Below, piece by piece: positions 15,481 to 25,400 of a stretch of DNA of 45,850 bases. Origin of the DNA: a virus (Duplodnaviria; Caudoviricetes). A program made the translations under genes and the position numbers. How positions within the stretch are numbered: position 1 is the first letter of the stretch; each line of letters starts with the position of its first letter. The DNA is taken from the IMG/VR virus record IMGVR_UViG_3300005805_000142, positions 1 through 45,850 of that record; one strand, given 5' to 3'. A model generated the notes under the pieces. The model had not been told where the DNA came from. It saw only the letters and a program-made list of their open reading frames with translations, and did no database searches.

Positions 15481-17823
15481 TTAACTCCAAATTACCAAAT
15501 AGTTAGCTGCTGGTGTTGAACGCTGTTCTGTATTCTGCACCCAGACTCTGATCCTATCACCGAGGTATGAATATGTGCATCTGATACTGTCATTGCCATC
15601 TACCCCTCCAGCGTAATGAACCACATGTATAGATGGGATAAATGCCACTAGGTTCCCCATAGATTTGCCTGCAGGAGGGTACACATCAAAATAGTTGGCA
15701 CCGTCGTTGAATGATCCTACCTGGTTGGTAAATCCTGCTATACTGTAACTCACTCCAGAGATAATGGTGTACTGAGGCAATCTACCATCGACATATGTTT
15801 TAGTAGCAGCATGATTGGCATTCACAGGAGCTCCGACTAGTGTCAGGTACCCGGTCATAGTGCTGCCTGCTAGAGCAACTTTGGTATTGTCTGTGGCAGT
15901 GATTGTTATGTCTTGTGTGCCGTTAAATGCCACTCCGTTTATATTTCTTGCTGTCTGTAGTTGGGTAGCTGATCCTGCATTTCCAGACACTGTACCAGTA
16001 ACAGCACCTATTAAATTTGCAGTAATAGTGCCTGCGGCAAAATTACCACTGGCATCACGTGCTACCACTTTGCTAGCTGTGTTGGCTGAGGTAGCATCTA
16101 CTGCAATTGTTGCATCAACTATACCATCATAACTGGCCACGGCACCACTGGTATTAGTATTGACTAACGTTAGAAATGCACCTCTGCGCAGTGGTTCTCT
16201 GCTAATTGAAGACCAAGTGATCGATCCCGCTTGTGCAGTTAACACATATCCTGCTGTACCAAGTCCCAACATTGATGTAGTACCGGCAGCAGTCTGGAAT
16301 GGTATTGCCCCTGCACCACCACCTGCGATATTGGTAGCAGTGGTGGCTAGTGTAGCTGAAGAAGCGTTTCCTGCAAAAAGATTAGCGTGTATAGATCCCC
16401 ACTTATAATTTTCGGCGCCGATCGACATATTTGGCTGCATTGGTAATATTGAATGAGGGCCACTACCTCCAACATTTAGTGCATTTTGTATATCGGTGCT
16501 AGCAAAAACGATACTAGGAGGAATGGCGTTCCCATCCACTTGCCAACGAACTAACAAACTAGTTAATGATTCAATCTTGGAAGTGGCATATGTTAAAGAT
16601 GATCCGCCAAACCCACCAATTGGAAGATTTGTGGCTTCAGGTTTTAGAATAAGTTGGCCTGAACCAATTTCTATTCCGTTTTGACCTACAGATAAACTAG
16701 TCAGTGTTCCTACCTGCGCAAGACTAGATTGCGTTACTGTAGAATTTAAAGTATTGCCGGTCAGTGTGCCGGCTTCTGCTGTCACTGTGATATCGCTGGT
16801 GCCATTGAAATTCACACCATTGATCTGTCTTGGTGTGGCCAACTGTGTAGCGGAATTGGCGTTGCCTGTCAGCGTGGCTCCTACGAATGTGTTGGCCTGT
16901 ACCACGTTAAATGTGCTGGTGCCAGAACTAGCTGTAACATTACCAGTAACGTTGCCGACAAGATCAGCTGAAATAGTACCTGCTGAAAATCCGCCTTCTG
17001 AATTTCTAGCTACTATTTTACCAATGACGTTTGAGGGAGTAGCATCAACACTCCAAACAATCTCTGTGCCACCGTCAAAATCAGCTCCCAAAATATACGT
17101 GCCTCGGACTAATTTATTAGTAGTGGAAGACTTAATCGTGACGTTTTGTTGACCGTCAAACGGCGTGCCGTTAATAGTCCTAGCGGTGCTGAGTCTATCT
17201 GAGCTACCGGCATTGCCTGTAATGTCGCCCTTGACTTTTGCGTTGGTTGAAAGATTGATACCTGCTATTAGTGTGTTTTCAAACCCCGGAACTGAATTAG
17301 AAGAATTTATAGTAAACGCTTGTGCTGTACATATAGCAAGGGCTGTTCCATTCGTTTCTAGAATTATAACAGGTCTAGGATCACCTAACGAATCGTCTAA
17401 TGAAGTGGCCCTGGCCCTGGTTATTCCAAATCCTGCTACTGCTTCGGGACCAATAAAGGTCCATGCAGAGCCAGTGTAAATTTTCAGTTGATTGGCAGTG
17501 GTATCTAGCCACAGTGCGCCTGCGTTAGCATCAACAGGAGCAGTTGCACTTAACACCGCAGCACCTATGGGATTCCAATTTGCTCCATCATAGGCATAAG
17601 TTAAATTAGTAGTGGTGTTAAACCAAATCTGTCCCTGGAGCGGCCTCGACGGCGGTGCGTCGTTGGCAAAATTTTCTAATAGAAAAACAAAATTTTCATT
17701 CTGTGTTTCGCCATAGCCTACATAATTCCTACCAACTAGGCCCAGACTGGTGGTGGTGTCGATAGTTCCGTCTTCTAGAACTATTAACTGTGCCCCACTA
17801 AATTTATTTACTATATAGGCCAT
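15481..17823 (-). CDS. tail fibre protein
   Basis: Shared N-terminal anchor, three AxxLxTxRxINGxxFxG repeats, HAATKTYVD motif, compact C-terminal beta-rich tip. AGGAG RBS. Confidence 0.82.
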   Translation of the reverse strand: MAYIVNKFSGAQLIVLEDGTIDTTTSLGLVGRNYVGYGETQNENFVFLLENFANDAPPSRPLQGQIWFNTTTNLTYAYDGANWNPIGAAVLSATAPVDANAGALWLDTTANQLKIYTGSAWTFIGPEAVAGFGITRARATSLDDSLGDPRPVIILETNGTALAICTAQAFTINSSNSVPGFENTLIAGINLSTNAKVKGDITGNAGSSDRLSTARTINGTPFDGQQNVTIKSSTTNKLVRGTYILGADFDGGTEIVWSVDATPSNVIGKIVARNSEGGFSAGTISADLVGNVTGNVTASSGTSTFNVVQANTFVGATLTGNANSATQLATPRQINGVNFNGTSDITVTAEAGTLTGNTLNSTVTQSSLAQVGTLTSLSVGQNGIEIGSGQLILKPEATNLPIGGFGGSSLTYATSKIESLTSLLVRWQVDGNAIPPSIVFASTDIQNALNVGGSGPHSILPMQPNMSIGAENYKWGSIHANLFAGNASSATLATTATNIAGGGAGAIPFQTAAGTTSMLGLGTAGYVLTAQAGSITWSSISREPLRRGAFLTLVNTNTSGAVASYDGIVDATIAVDATSANTASKVVARDASGNFAAGTITANLIGAVTGTVSGNAGSATQLQTARNINGVAFNGTQDITITATDNTKVALAGSTMTGYLTLVGAPVNANHAATKTYVDGRLPQYTIISGVSYSIAGFTNQVGSFNDGANYFDVYPPAGKSMGNLVAFIPSIHVVHYAGGVDGNDSIRCTYSYLGDRIRVWVQNTEQRSTPAANYLVIWS
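15896..17211 (-). repeat. protein-level internal repeats of the fibre shaft
   Basis: SDRLSTARTINGTPFDG / ATQLATPRQINGVNFNG / ATQLQTARNINGVAFNG, plus two VDAT..N...K.VAR...G.F.AGTI.A.L.G.VTG units. Confidence 0.7.
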
Positions 17824-17843
17824 TTATGCCGCTCCTGTGTTCA

Positions 17844-19691
17844 TTATGGTGGTAAAGTAGAATCTGTCTGCCAGGTCCATGCACCTGACACAATTTGGAA
17901 GGTTTTAATAATTCTAGTAGTAGAAACACTTGCTGCTGGAATAGTCGCTGTGGAAAAAGCAATACTGGTCACTGCTGCTGAACTGCTACCTGATAGATCA
18001 GTTAAGAACGGATTAGTGCTAACAGTGGCAAGTGGATTAATGGCCAATGAGGTGCTGGAAGGATTTATCAGAGTACACAATATCCTTGCATAAGTGCCAC
18101 TTCTAAATTCCGCTACAGGTGCAAGATTGTTTAGCACATTAGAAATAATATATGCGTTAGACTTACCATCAGACAAATCCATACTGAATATCAAAGGCCT
18201 AGATTCTACAGTGCTGTCTACATATTCTTTAGTGGCTGCATCCTGTTGACTCACAGGATCCTGCATCCCGGTTATTCTTGGCGAGCCTATCAACGCAACG
18301 TTTCCTGTGCCGTCTGGTTCGAGTTCAATATCAAAGTTTGTTGATACCGTGCTGATCCTATGATTTTCTAATCGCATCTGCGTCACTGGCGGTATTCCAG
18401 GACCAACGTTGACTACGTTTTGAGTACCAAATGCAGTTACACCTGGAATACTAGTGATTGAACTTCCAAGACTGTTGCCATCTATGACCTTGACTCCGCC
18501 TATCTGTAACTGTTTGCCTGCTGCGAGATTTAGATCTTCACTGACGTCAAATACTCCAGTAGGAGGAGGCCCCTCGCTGGTAGACCTATATACTATTTCT
18601 TTATCGTAGGCAGACGAATCTGCACCAGTTGATCTAATTATTATACCAGCACCGGTAGCAGTGGTTTCACTGGGTGCTGCCACATTGGCCAATGTAAGTG
18701 TTTTATCTTCAATAGTTACATTGGCAGTATTGATAGTAGTAGTAGTTCCTTCAACTGTAAGGTCACCTGCTACCACCAAACTGCCACCAACGTTGACTGT
18801 GCTGTCGAGTTTTCCCGAATATATATCTACGATTCTTGAACTGGAATCTATTGCTACGGCAGTTTCTTGATCGATACCTTTTCTAACCTTTAGAAATAGA
18901 TCTTTGTCGCTGGCGAAATTAGATACTTCTATATCCCCCGAGCTCACCAAGAGATTCATTTGATTACCTGATCCTATCACAAGACCTGCATCTACACCAA
19001 TGGACACCTGTCCATTAAAAGTATTTGATGTGTCTCTTCGGGCATATGTGGTAGCTACTGCACCCCCTAGCTGTTCTGAGTTGGTACAGGTTATTCGGAA
19101 CTTTATGTTAGCTAATGTACCTGCGTTAAAACCAGGTTCTATATTACCGCTAAATCCGATGATAGCAATTTTAGGTGTAAAACTGTCTTTGGCAAAAATT
19201 CCTAATAGTATACCGTTATTATAAAGATATGTTACAACTCTAGTTTGGTTCAAAGTGTCTAGGATGCTGTCAACTTCTAGTCCGCTTTTGCCCTGTGCTG
19301 TGGAATATGCGGGTCCGATCAATATAGGTTGTGTTCCATCGAAGAAATATAACTGTGCACCTACATCATCGAACCACAAATCACCTATGCTCAATGTATC
19401 AGGTTGTGTGCTTGAAACAGTGGCGGAACTCACTGGAATAAAAACAGATCCATTATATACCTTGAGTTTGTTTTCTGCATTATCAAACCAAACCTGTCCC
19501 TTGAGTGGGCGTAGGGGTGCTGTGGTGCTGGCAAAGTTTTCTAGAATTTTAACTAGATTTTCATTGAATGCTTCACCGAATCCACTGTAATTTTTGCCTA
19601 TCAGAGTAAGGTCAGTGGATAATGTGTCTATCTGCCCATCGGCCACTGTGGCTACGATAGTTCCGTCAGTTTTGTTTATTTGATATGCCAT
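17844..19691 (-). CDS. tail fibre/baseplate-associated fibre protein
   Basis: Shared N-terminal anchor (GKNYSGFGE..NENLVKILENF), GDLTVEGTTTTINT and DAATKEYVD fibre motifs. Confidence 0.78.
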   Translation of the reverse strand: MAYQINKTDGTIVATVADGQIDTLSTDLTLIGKNYSGFGEAFNENLVKILENFASTTAPLRPLKGQVWFDNAENKLKVYNGSVFIPVSSATVSSTQPDTLSIGDLWFDDVGAQLYFFDGTQPILIGPAYSTAQGKSGLEVDSILDTLNQTRVVTYLYNNGILLGIFAKDSFTPKIAIIGFSGNIEPGFNAGTLANIKFRITCTNSEQLGGAVATTYARRDTSNTFNGQVSIGVDAGLVIGSGNQMNLLVSSGDIEVSNFASDKDLFLKVRKGIDQETAVAIDSSSRIVDIYSGKLDSTVNVGGSLVVAGDLTVEGTTTTINTANVTIEDKTLTLANVAAPSETTATGAGIIIRSTGADSSAYDKEIVYRSTSEGPPPTGVFDVSEDLNLAAGKQLQIGGVKVIDGNSLGSSITSIPGVTAFGTQNVVNVGPGIPPVTQMRLENHRISTVSTNFDIELEPDGTGNVALIGSPRITGMQDPVSQQDAATKEYVDSTVESRPLIFSMDLSDGKSNAYIISNVLNNLAPVAEFRSGTYARILCTLINPSSTSLAINPLATVSTNPFLTDLSGSSSAAVTSIAFSTATIPAASVSTTRIIKTFQIVSGAWTWQTDSTLPP

Positions 19692-19704
19692 TCTTGTTCT
19701 CTAA

Positions 19705-21816
19705 TTAAAATAACGGTGGTCCAGATCTAATAATGTAATTAATTGTTAGAAATGGGTTCATAATACCTATCGGAGTACTCAACGTGGTCAGAGCTGGTTT
19801 TTTAATCCCTCCCGAATCTTTGAGATACTGTGCCTGTCCAGGTGCAGTTGGTCCTAGCCCTGTTACCGCTGCAGGATCAATAGTTGTGGTCACGGCTATA
19901 GCCGAATAATCTTGTGTACCGGAACTTAATGTATGACTATGCTCTGGTAAATTTGCTAGTGTGAGCGTTGCCGAACTTTGCCCTGCATCGCCACCAAGGG
20001 TAATAGCTTTAACGTCAGGCACACGCCCTGTTGTGCCGCCGCCGGCGTCTACAAATCCGCCTGTGACTATTGGTACTGTGCCGGCATTGTCCATGTTGTC
20101 CTTACCTAAGGCAAATCTTCCTCTAAGATCCGGCAGTCTAAAAGTGTTCACTCCGATCAACGCAGCTAATCCGTTATAGGTAGTGCCTATCACATCATAT
20201 AACACTGAAAACTTTGTTCTTTCAACTTCCGATCCGTCGCAAAATAAAAATCCGTATGGCGCGGTTGCGCCGGCATAAGGAATGATTCCGCCGATTGGAA
20301 TACCTAGATCTCCTACGAATGTGTCTCGAGTCTGTTTTAATAAACCCGATGATGCTAATGCCGCTTCACTGGCCCTATATGTAAGCACAAAATCAGTAGG
20401 CTTAGATACATTCGGAAAGGGTTGATCTTTACTGGCAATTATATTAGCGGTCAACGATGTATTGAATACCTTGGTGTAGCTTCCTACCTGCCCGTCAAAT
20501 TGCACAGCTGGACTTATTACATCGCCTGCTAATTGAAAACTAGTGATGTTTGTAAGACTGGTAGCGGTGTTGGCATTACCGCTGATATTGCCAGACAAAA
20601 TACCTTGTATATCGTCTGCTATGATTGTTTTGGCTCTGATGGTCTTCCAACGTTTAAGATTAGTGCCTAGATCATACAGTTCAGTGGTCTTTGGTTGTAG
20701 ATTATTGACCTGTGATGTACCTGTGATATCAACTCCGTCACCCACTATGAGGTTTTTTGTAATAGCAGCACCACCAGCAGTTCTAAAACTTCCGTTGTTT
20801 AGATTAGTGCTGGCAGTATTGTTTGTTACGATGATCGAACCAGTGAGCGTTAGGCTGCCATCAATATCTAGAGCCTGGCTAGGAGTTGCTTGATTTATAC
20901 CTACTCTGTTGTCCACCACTTTTAAAATGGTTGACGGAATACCGTCACGATTTGTTTGGATATCTATAGAACTACCAGCTGCACTGTTGTATATTTTAGC
21001 TGCTGTGGCTGTGGTGCCAATGTTAAAAGTACCATCAACTCCTACTGTAACGCCGTTGTTATTTCTTATGTTAAATGCAAAATCAGCGGTGTTAATAGTA
21101 TCAGATCTCAAGAATTTTCCTGACTCTACTTCAATTCCTCCGACATTAAGTGCATTAGCACGAGTAGCTGTGCCAAATAATATCGGTTCGAATCCTCCAA
21201 CGAATTCTGCTATCTCGGGCGCGGTGCTGGGATTAGATATATTGATACCGGATCGCACAATGTCGAAACCAGAGATGATAGTCTTAGGAGTAAAACTGTC
21301 CTTGCTAAAAATTATTACTGGTATATCTGCAATATAGAAAACCAAAATAAATCTATCTATGTTGTCGGAGTCTGCTACCTTTTCAACTACAGGTCCATAT
21401 CTTAATCCGTCAACAGCACTTTCTGATGGTCCTACTAGAATCCAGCGTGACCCTGTGAAAATTCTCAACTGCTGGTTGGTAGTATCGACCCATAATTCTC
21501 CTACCTTACTGGCCGCTACTGACGGCTCACTTACACCTTTTTGTATACCTGAGGCTGCTTTCCATGCAGTATTATCCCATATTTGAAGAACCCCGTCAGT
21601 GCTGTTGTACCAAAGCTGTCCTTCTATAGGATTTATTGGTTCGTCAGCAGAAGCAAAATTTTCTAGAAGCGCCAGAAAGTTTTCTGCAATAATCTGTCCA
21701 TATCCCGTGACGTTTCTACCTGGAAATGTTAGACTAGTATCAGTGCTGGAGGTATTATCAAACACCGTTATGGGTGTTTTATTTTCTTTATCTGTGAAAT
21801 TAACTGAATATGGCAT
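19705..21816 (-). CDS. short tail fibre-like protein with phage tail collar domain
   Basis: Shared N-terminal anchor. Collar motif IPIGGIIPYAG..AP.GFLFCDG...LYDVIGTTY...FRLPDLRGRF, LPEHSH, and terminal MNPFLTINYIIR. Confidence 0.85.
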   Translation of the reverse strand: MPYSVNFTDKENKTPITVFDNTSSTDTSLTFPGRNVTGYGQIIAENFLALLENFASADEPINPIEGQLWYNSTDGVLQIWDNTAWKAASGIQKGVSEPSVAASKVGELWVDTTNQQLRIFTGSRWILVGPSESAVDGLRYGPVVEKVADSDNIDRFILVFYIADIPVIIFSKDSFTPKTIISGFDIVRSGINISNPSTAPEIAEFVGGFEPILFGTATRANALNVGGIEVESGKFLRSDTINTADFAFNIRNNNGVTVGVDGTFNIGTTATAAKIYNSAAGSSIDIQTNRDGIPSTILKVVDNRVGINQATPSQALDIDGSLTLTGSIIVTNNTASTNLNNGSFRTAGGAAITKNLIVGDGVDITGTSQVNNLQPKTTELYDLGTNLKRWKTIRAKTIIADDIQGILSGNISGNANTATSLTNITSFQLAGDVISPAVQFDGQVGSYTKVFNTSLTANIIASKDQPFPNVSKPTDFVLTYRASEAALASSGLLKQTRDTFVGDLGIPIGGIIPYAGATAPYGFLFCDGSEVERTKFSVLYDVIGTTYNGLAALIGVNTFRLPDLRGRFALGKDNMDNAGTVPIVTGGFVDAGGGTTGRVPDVKAITLGGDAGQSSATLTLANLPEHSHTLSSGTQDYSAIAVTTTIDPAAVTGLGPTAPGQAQYLKDSGGIKKPALTTLSTPIGIMNPFLTINYIIRSGPPLF

Positions 21817-21819
21817 CTA

Positions 21820-22491
21820 TTATACCTCTGTGAAACCAGTTAGACTCTGCACACGTATGGTGTAATCGATCTGTAGCAATCTGTTCAAGCTCTTTTGAAC
21901 AGGATGAAACACTACATGTGTTAATAATTTACCGGTGCCGCTGGGACTGTAACTAACTAGTCCAAGTTCATCAAAAACGAAGTTTCCGTTCATATCTACT
22001 GAATTATCAAAGGCCTGTTGTTCCAGGGGTTCTCCGTAATCAAGCAAACAACTGATCAATATATCGCTATACGTAGCACCACTGATGTGTCTTACCTGCA
22101 TGAGATTTCTAGCAGGATCGGCGTTTTCAATGGCATTTTGATCTACAACTTTCACATAGGTTTGATTGTACAGACTGGAGTTTACTCCTATAGTGTTAGG
22201 TGTTAGATATGTAATCAATCCTGTTGGATCTACAATTGTGCCACCAGATCCAAATGCCATTTGATAAACTGTGCCTTGTCCTTGATTGCTGAGACTCTGC
22301 ACCATGGCCACACTCATGTTTTCATAGTGAATGGCATTGCGTTTATCAATAAACACTTCTTTGGTGCTAGGATCAAAGATCTTGATGTGCCCTTCAAAAT
22401 GGAACCCGCCTGTTTCATTAGGTCGAGCCTGGGGGATCTCTGGGATTTTTGATTGATTTTCTGGCATTTTTTTCTCTGTTGAATTCATCAT
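21820..22491 (-). CDS. putative baseplate/fibre-attachment structural protein
   Basis: Between the giant baseplate gene and the fibres. MAFGSGG, FDELGL and HPVQKSLNR motifs. The true start may be ATG 22467. Confidence 0.65.
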   Translation of the reverse strand: MMNSTEKKMPENQSKIPEIPQARPNETGGFHFEGHIKIFDPSTKEVFIDKRNAIHYENMSVAMVQSLSNQGQGTVYQMAFGSGGTIVDPTGLITYLTPNTIGVNSSLYNQTYVKVVDQNAIENADPARNLMQVRHISGATYSDILISCLLDYGEPLEQQAFDNSVDMNGNFVFDELGLVSYSPSGTGKLLTHVVFHPVQKSLNRLLQIDYTIRVQSLTGFTEV

Positions 22492-22492
22492 A

Positions 22493-22498
22493 TATTTA
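22493..22498 (-). promoter_or_regulatory. TAAATA late-promoter-like box overlapping the stop codon of the giant gene
   Basis: Minus strand reads CGA-TAA-ATA-TATG, so the stop TAA is the first half of TAAATA. Confidence 0.5.
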
Positions 22499-25400
22499 TC
22501 GAGGTAAACCCGTGGTCTTCTCCGCTATGAAACGGGCAATAGCAGTTGAATTATCTAGCAGTGTAATACCTCCAGATGCTGTGGCTTCTCCCCTATCATA
22601 CCAAGTTCTTCCTGTTCTTTTGATTACTGTGATTCTTGTTCCCGCTGCTAACGGTACTGTCAGTCTAATATAGGCCGAGACTCCATCCACTGCAAATTCT
22701 GCTTCTAATTTTTCGTCGGCTGCTGGACTATAAGCTCCGTTGGCTTCTACCCATATATCTAAAGGATCTTTGCGCAGTCTGCGGCCCCCCGCGAACACTT
22801 CAATTTGATCGCAGGCTCCGTGAGTAACAGGCACGGTATCTCTGTACCATAAAGTTCTCGAACCTTGTGTAGGTACAAAATTCAAAGGTCCTATCAATAG
22901 AGAGCTGCCATCACTGACGAAATCAGTTCTATCTTGAGTTTCATTATAAGGCAATATTTCTTGGTAGCCAACATCCACAACCACAGAGCCTATTGAGTGT
23001 GTTTCTGCAATAGCTGTGCCTTGCGATCCTCTACGTAGCTGTGACAATACATTGCCAACCTTACTCATATATTCTATACGTTCTCCACCAACACTGATAA
23101 TTCCTGGCACGTTTCTTGACACAATTGGGTCAGATAATGTTGAACTGTCGCTAACCGTGATAGAAGTATCATAGTAGTTTAGAACGGTAGTCAAATACGA
23201 TTCACCTATAGAAAGTCTATTATAATGGTATACATTAAGCATATCTTTGTGAATTTCGAAGGCACTAGGTGATCTATAAATGTCTGATGAAAATAACACT
23301 ATTTTAATCTGGTCGCTGAAGGTAGAATCTGTACCTAGATAAACCACATTTCGAGGAATGCTCACATAGTAATCTTGATCCTGAGTAAGTCGTATTCCAT
23401 TTTTATATACCCAAACATAACTAGCAGATATAGGAGCTCGGGGTAATTGATACTGTACCTTGCCGCCAACGATTTCATCAGATATCATATCCAATGAAGC
23501 ATATTCGCTGAACCATGTAACATTTATTTCTACATTATCTGTTTCGTTGGCAGTGATCATCTCGACACTGGAATCTATAACGAGATTAGATTCAACTATG
23601 GAATATTCTGCCCTTCGATTATTTTCGATCTTTATGTCGTCGCCCGCTGTGAGCACTGATGATGCTATAACCAATTCTTTCGTAGCACCGTTATAGGTAT
23701 AATCTGTAATGAAAGTCTTTAACTGATTGTTTACGTATACTCTGATATTGCTTGGAAGAATCGCTCCAGATGCTTCTAAAGGATCCTGGCCTAGAATAAA
23801 TGTGTTGTTGGTTCCATCATATTCAACATAAATTGTATCTGCACCTCTGAGATATCGACCATCTACTTCTACCAACATCGAATTAGGTGCTGATCCTCTA
23901 GATAATTCTACAAACCCTTCAAGATCAAAACTTCGTGTGCTGCCCTCAAAATATACCGTTTGGGTATTGACCTGCAACACAGCAACACCCGAACTATCTA
24001 CATCAGCACTGGCTTCTAGACTGATTATTTTTATCACTGCGTCTGCTGGAGGAATTATACCAAATTCTACTAAAGTTTTTCCTGGCACATCAATAATTCC
24101 TGTGCTGTCTATAAAACCAACGTCAACAGGCTCGCCATTAACTGTGACAAAAATCAACGCTGTGTCTACATAGTTGGCATCCGTTAGGAATAAATTAGTA
24201 GCTCCGTCGGCTACAAACACATCCGAAGACAATATGCCTATTCCGCCTATGCCTATGGAAATAATTTCTATTACGGAATCGCTCACAGGTGCTGTGTTAA
24301 ATTCTAACCTATTCTGTGATAGATCCAAGGTATAATCTGTGCCGATGTGTTTTTTAATTTTGTTTACATAAACAATTACCGAGTTATTTCCAACAACAGT
24401 TTGTCCGATGTTAAAATCAGTGTCAGTACCGTTGCTCCTAATAATCTTAGACTGTAACGCTGCTGATCCTGCAGGTGTTGATTGAAACACTTTGATAGAC
24501 ACACTGTCCATGACCTGACCGGGAACATTTTCTTCTGGAGCAGGCACATGGTCGGGTTCAATGAATTTGCCTCCAGTTATAGCTATTTCTTCTGCTGTGG
24601 TTCCTCTGGCAGTGACATACACACTGTCTATAGCAGACAATGTGCCGCCACTGAGTTTGGTATCTAATAGATTATCATCAGTAATAGTCACCGATCCATC
24701 ACTTTCTATAGGACGGAAAATCAACGTGTCACCGTCTTGGGTTGAAATATAATCTCCAATTTCTACAACATTGTTGACGCCATCTCCCACGAATGTAGGC
24801 ATTTCTGCGTTTGGATTTACTGTATTTGAGCTATCTAATGCGGGAGTCCAATGCGGATCATCTATCCTCGTAACCTGTGTCTCTCCTACACGTTTGATAT
24901 AGATATTGATTTCTTGTCCTGCAGCAGGAACATACGGTAGTGTCACTGAATTAGTGCTACCATCGGTGACCACATAATAATCACTGTTGGTTTCAACACT
25001 GTCCCAATTGTCTGTGAACCACGGTAGTGCATCCCAGCCGCCTGTGACTTCAAATGTCGTACCTTGTATTTGCACCCCACCGAAATCTATTCCAGTCATT
25101 AATTGATTAAGTTCTTTACCAATCATACCGCTGGTAGGATTGTAGAATCTATCTATCCTGTTTACCGCAGACAATAATTCGATATTTTTTTCATAACTGA
25201 CAATGATTATATCCCCTGCTAGAGGTGCGATATTAAATGTTATTTTTCCTCTCAACAATGCGTAACTATCGGTGGCCAGATAATATAGACTGACTGCATA
25301 TTCGTTGGTCAATACCAATTGATTATTTTTAGTAATAATAATTTTAGTTTTGTCCCTAGTAGGAGCGTATCCCAGTTCAAACACTGCTGTTGTACCTGTG

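Noticed and set aside
11375-21816. Possible diversity-generating retroelement or invertible fibre-tip cassette
   Set aside because: No reverse transcriptase or recombinase, and no near-identical nucleotide repeat pair was seen. Paralogy is at the diverged protein level only.
13579-21865. Many 60-140 aa plus-strand ORFs opposite the fibre genes
   Set aside because: Expected stop-poor antisense frames of Thr/Gly/Ala/Asn-rich coding sequence. They read as Val/Pro/Leu-rich mirror translations.
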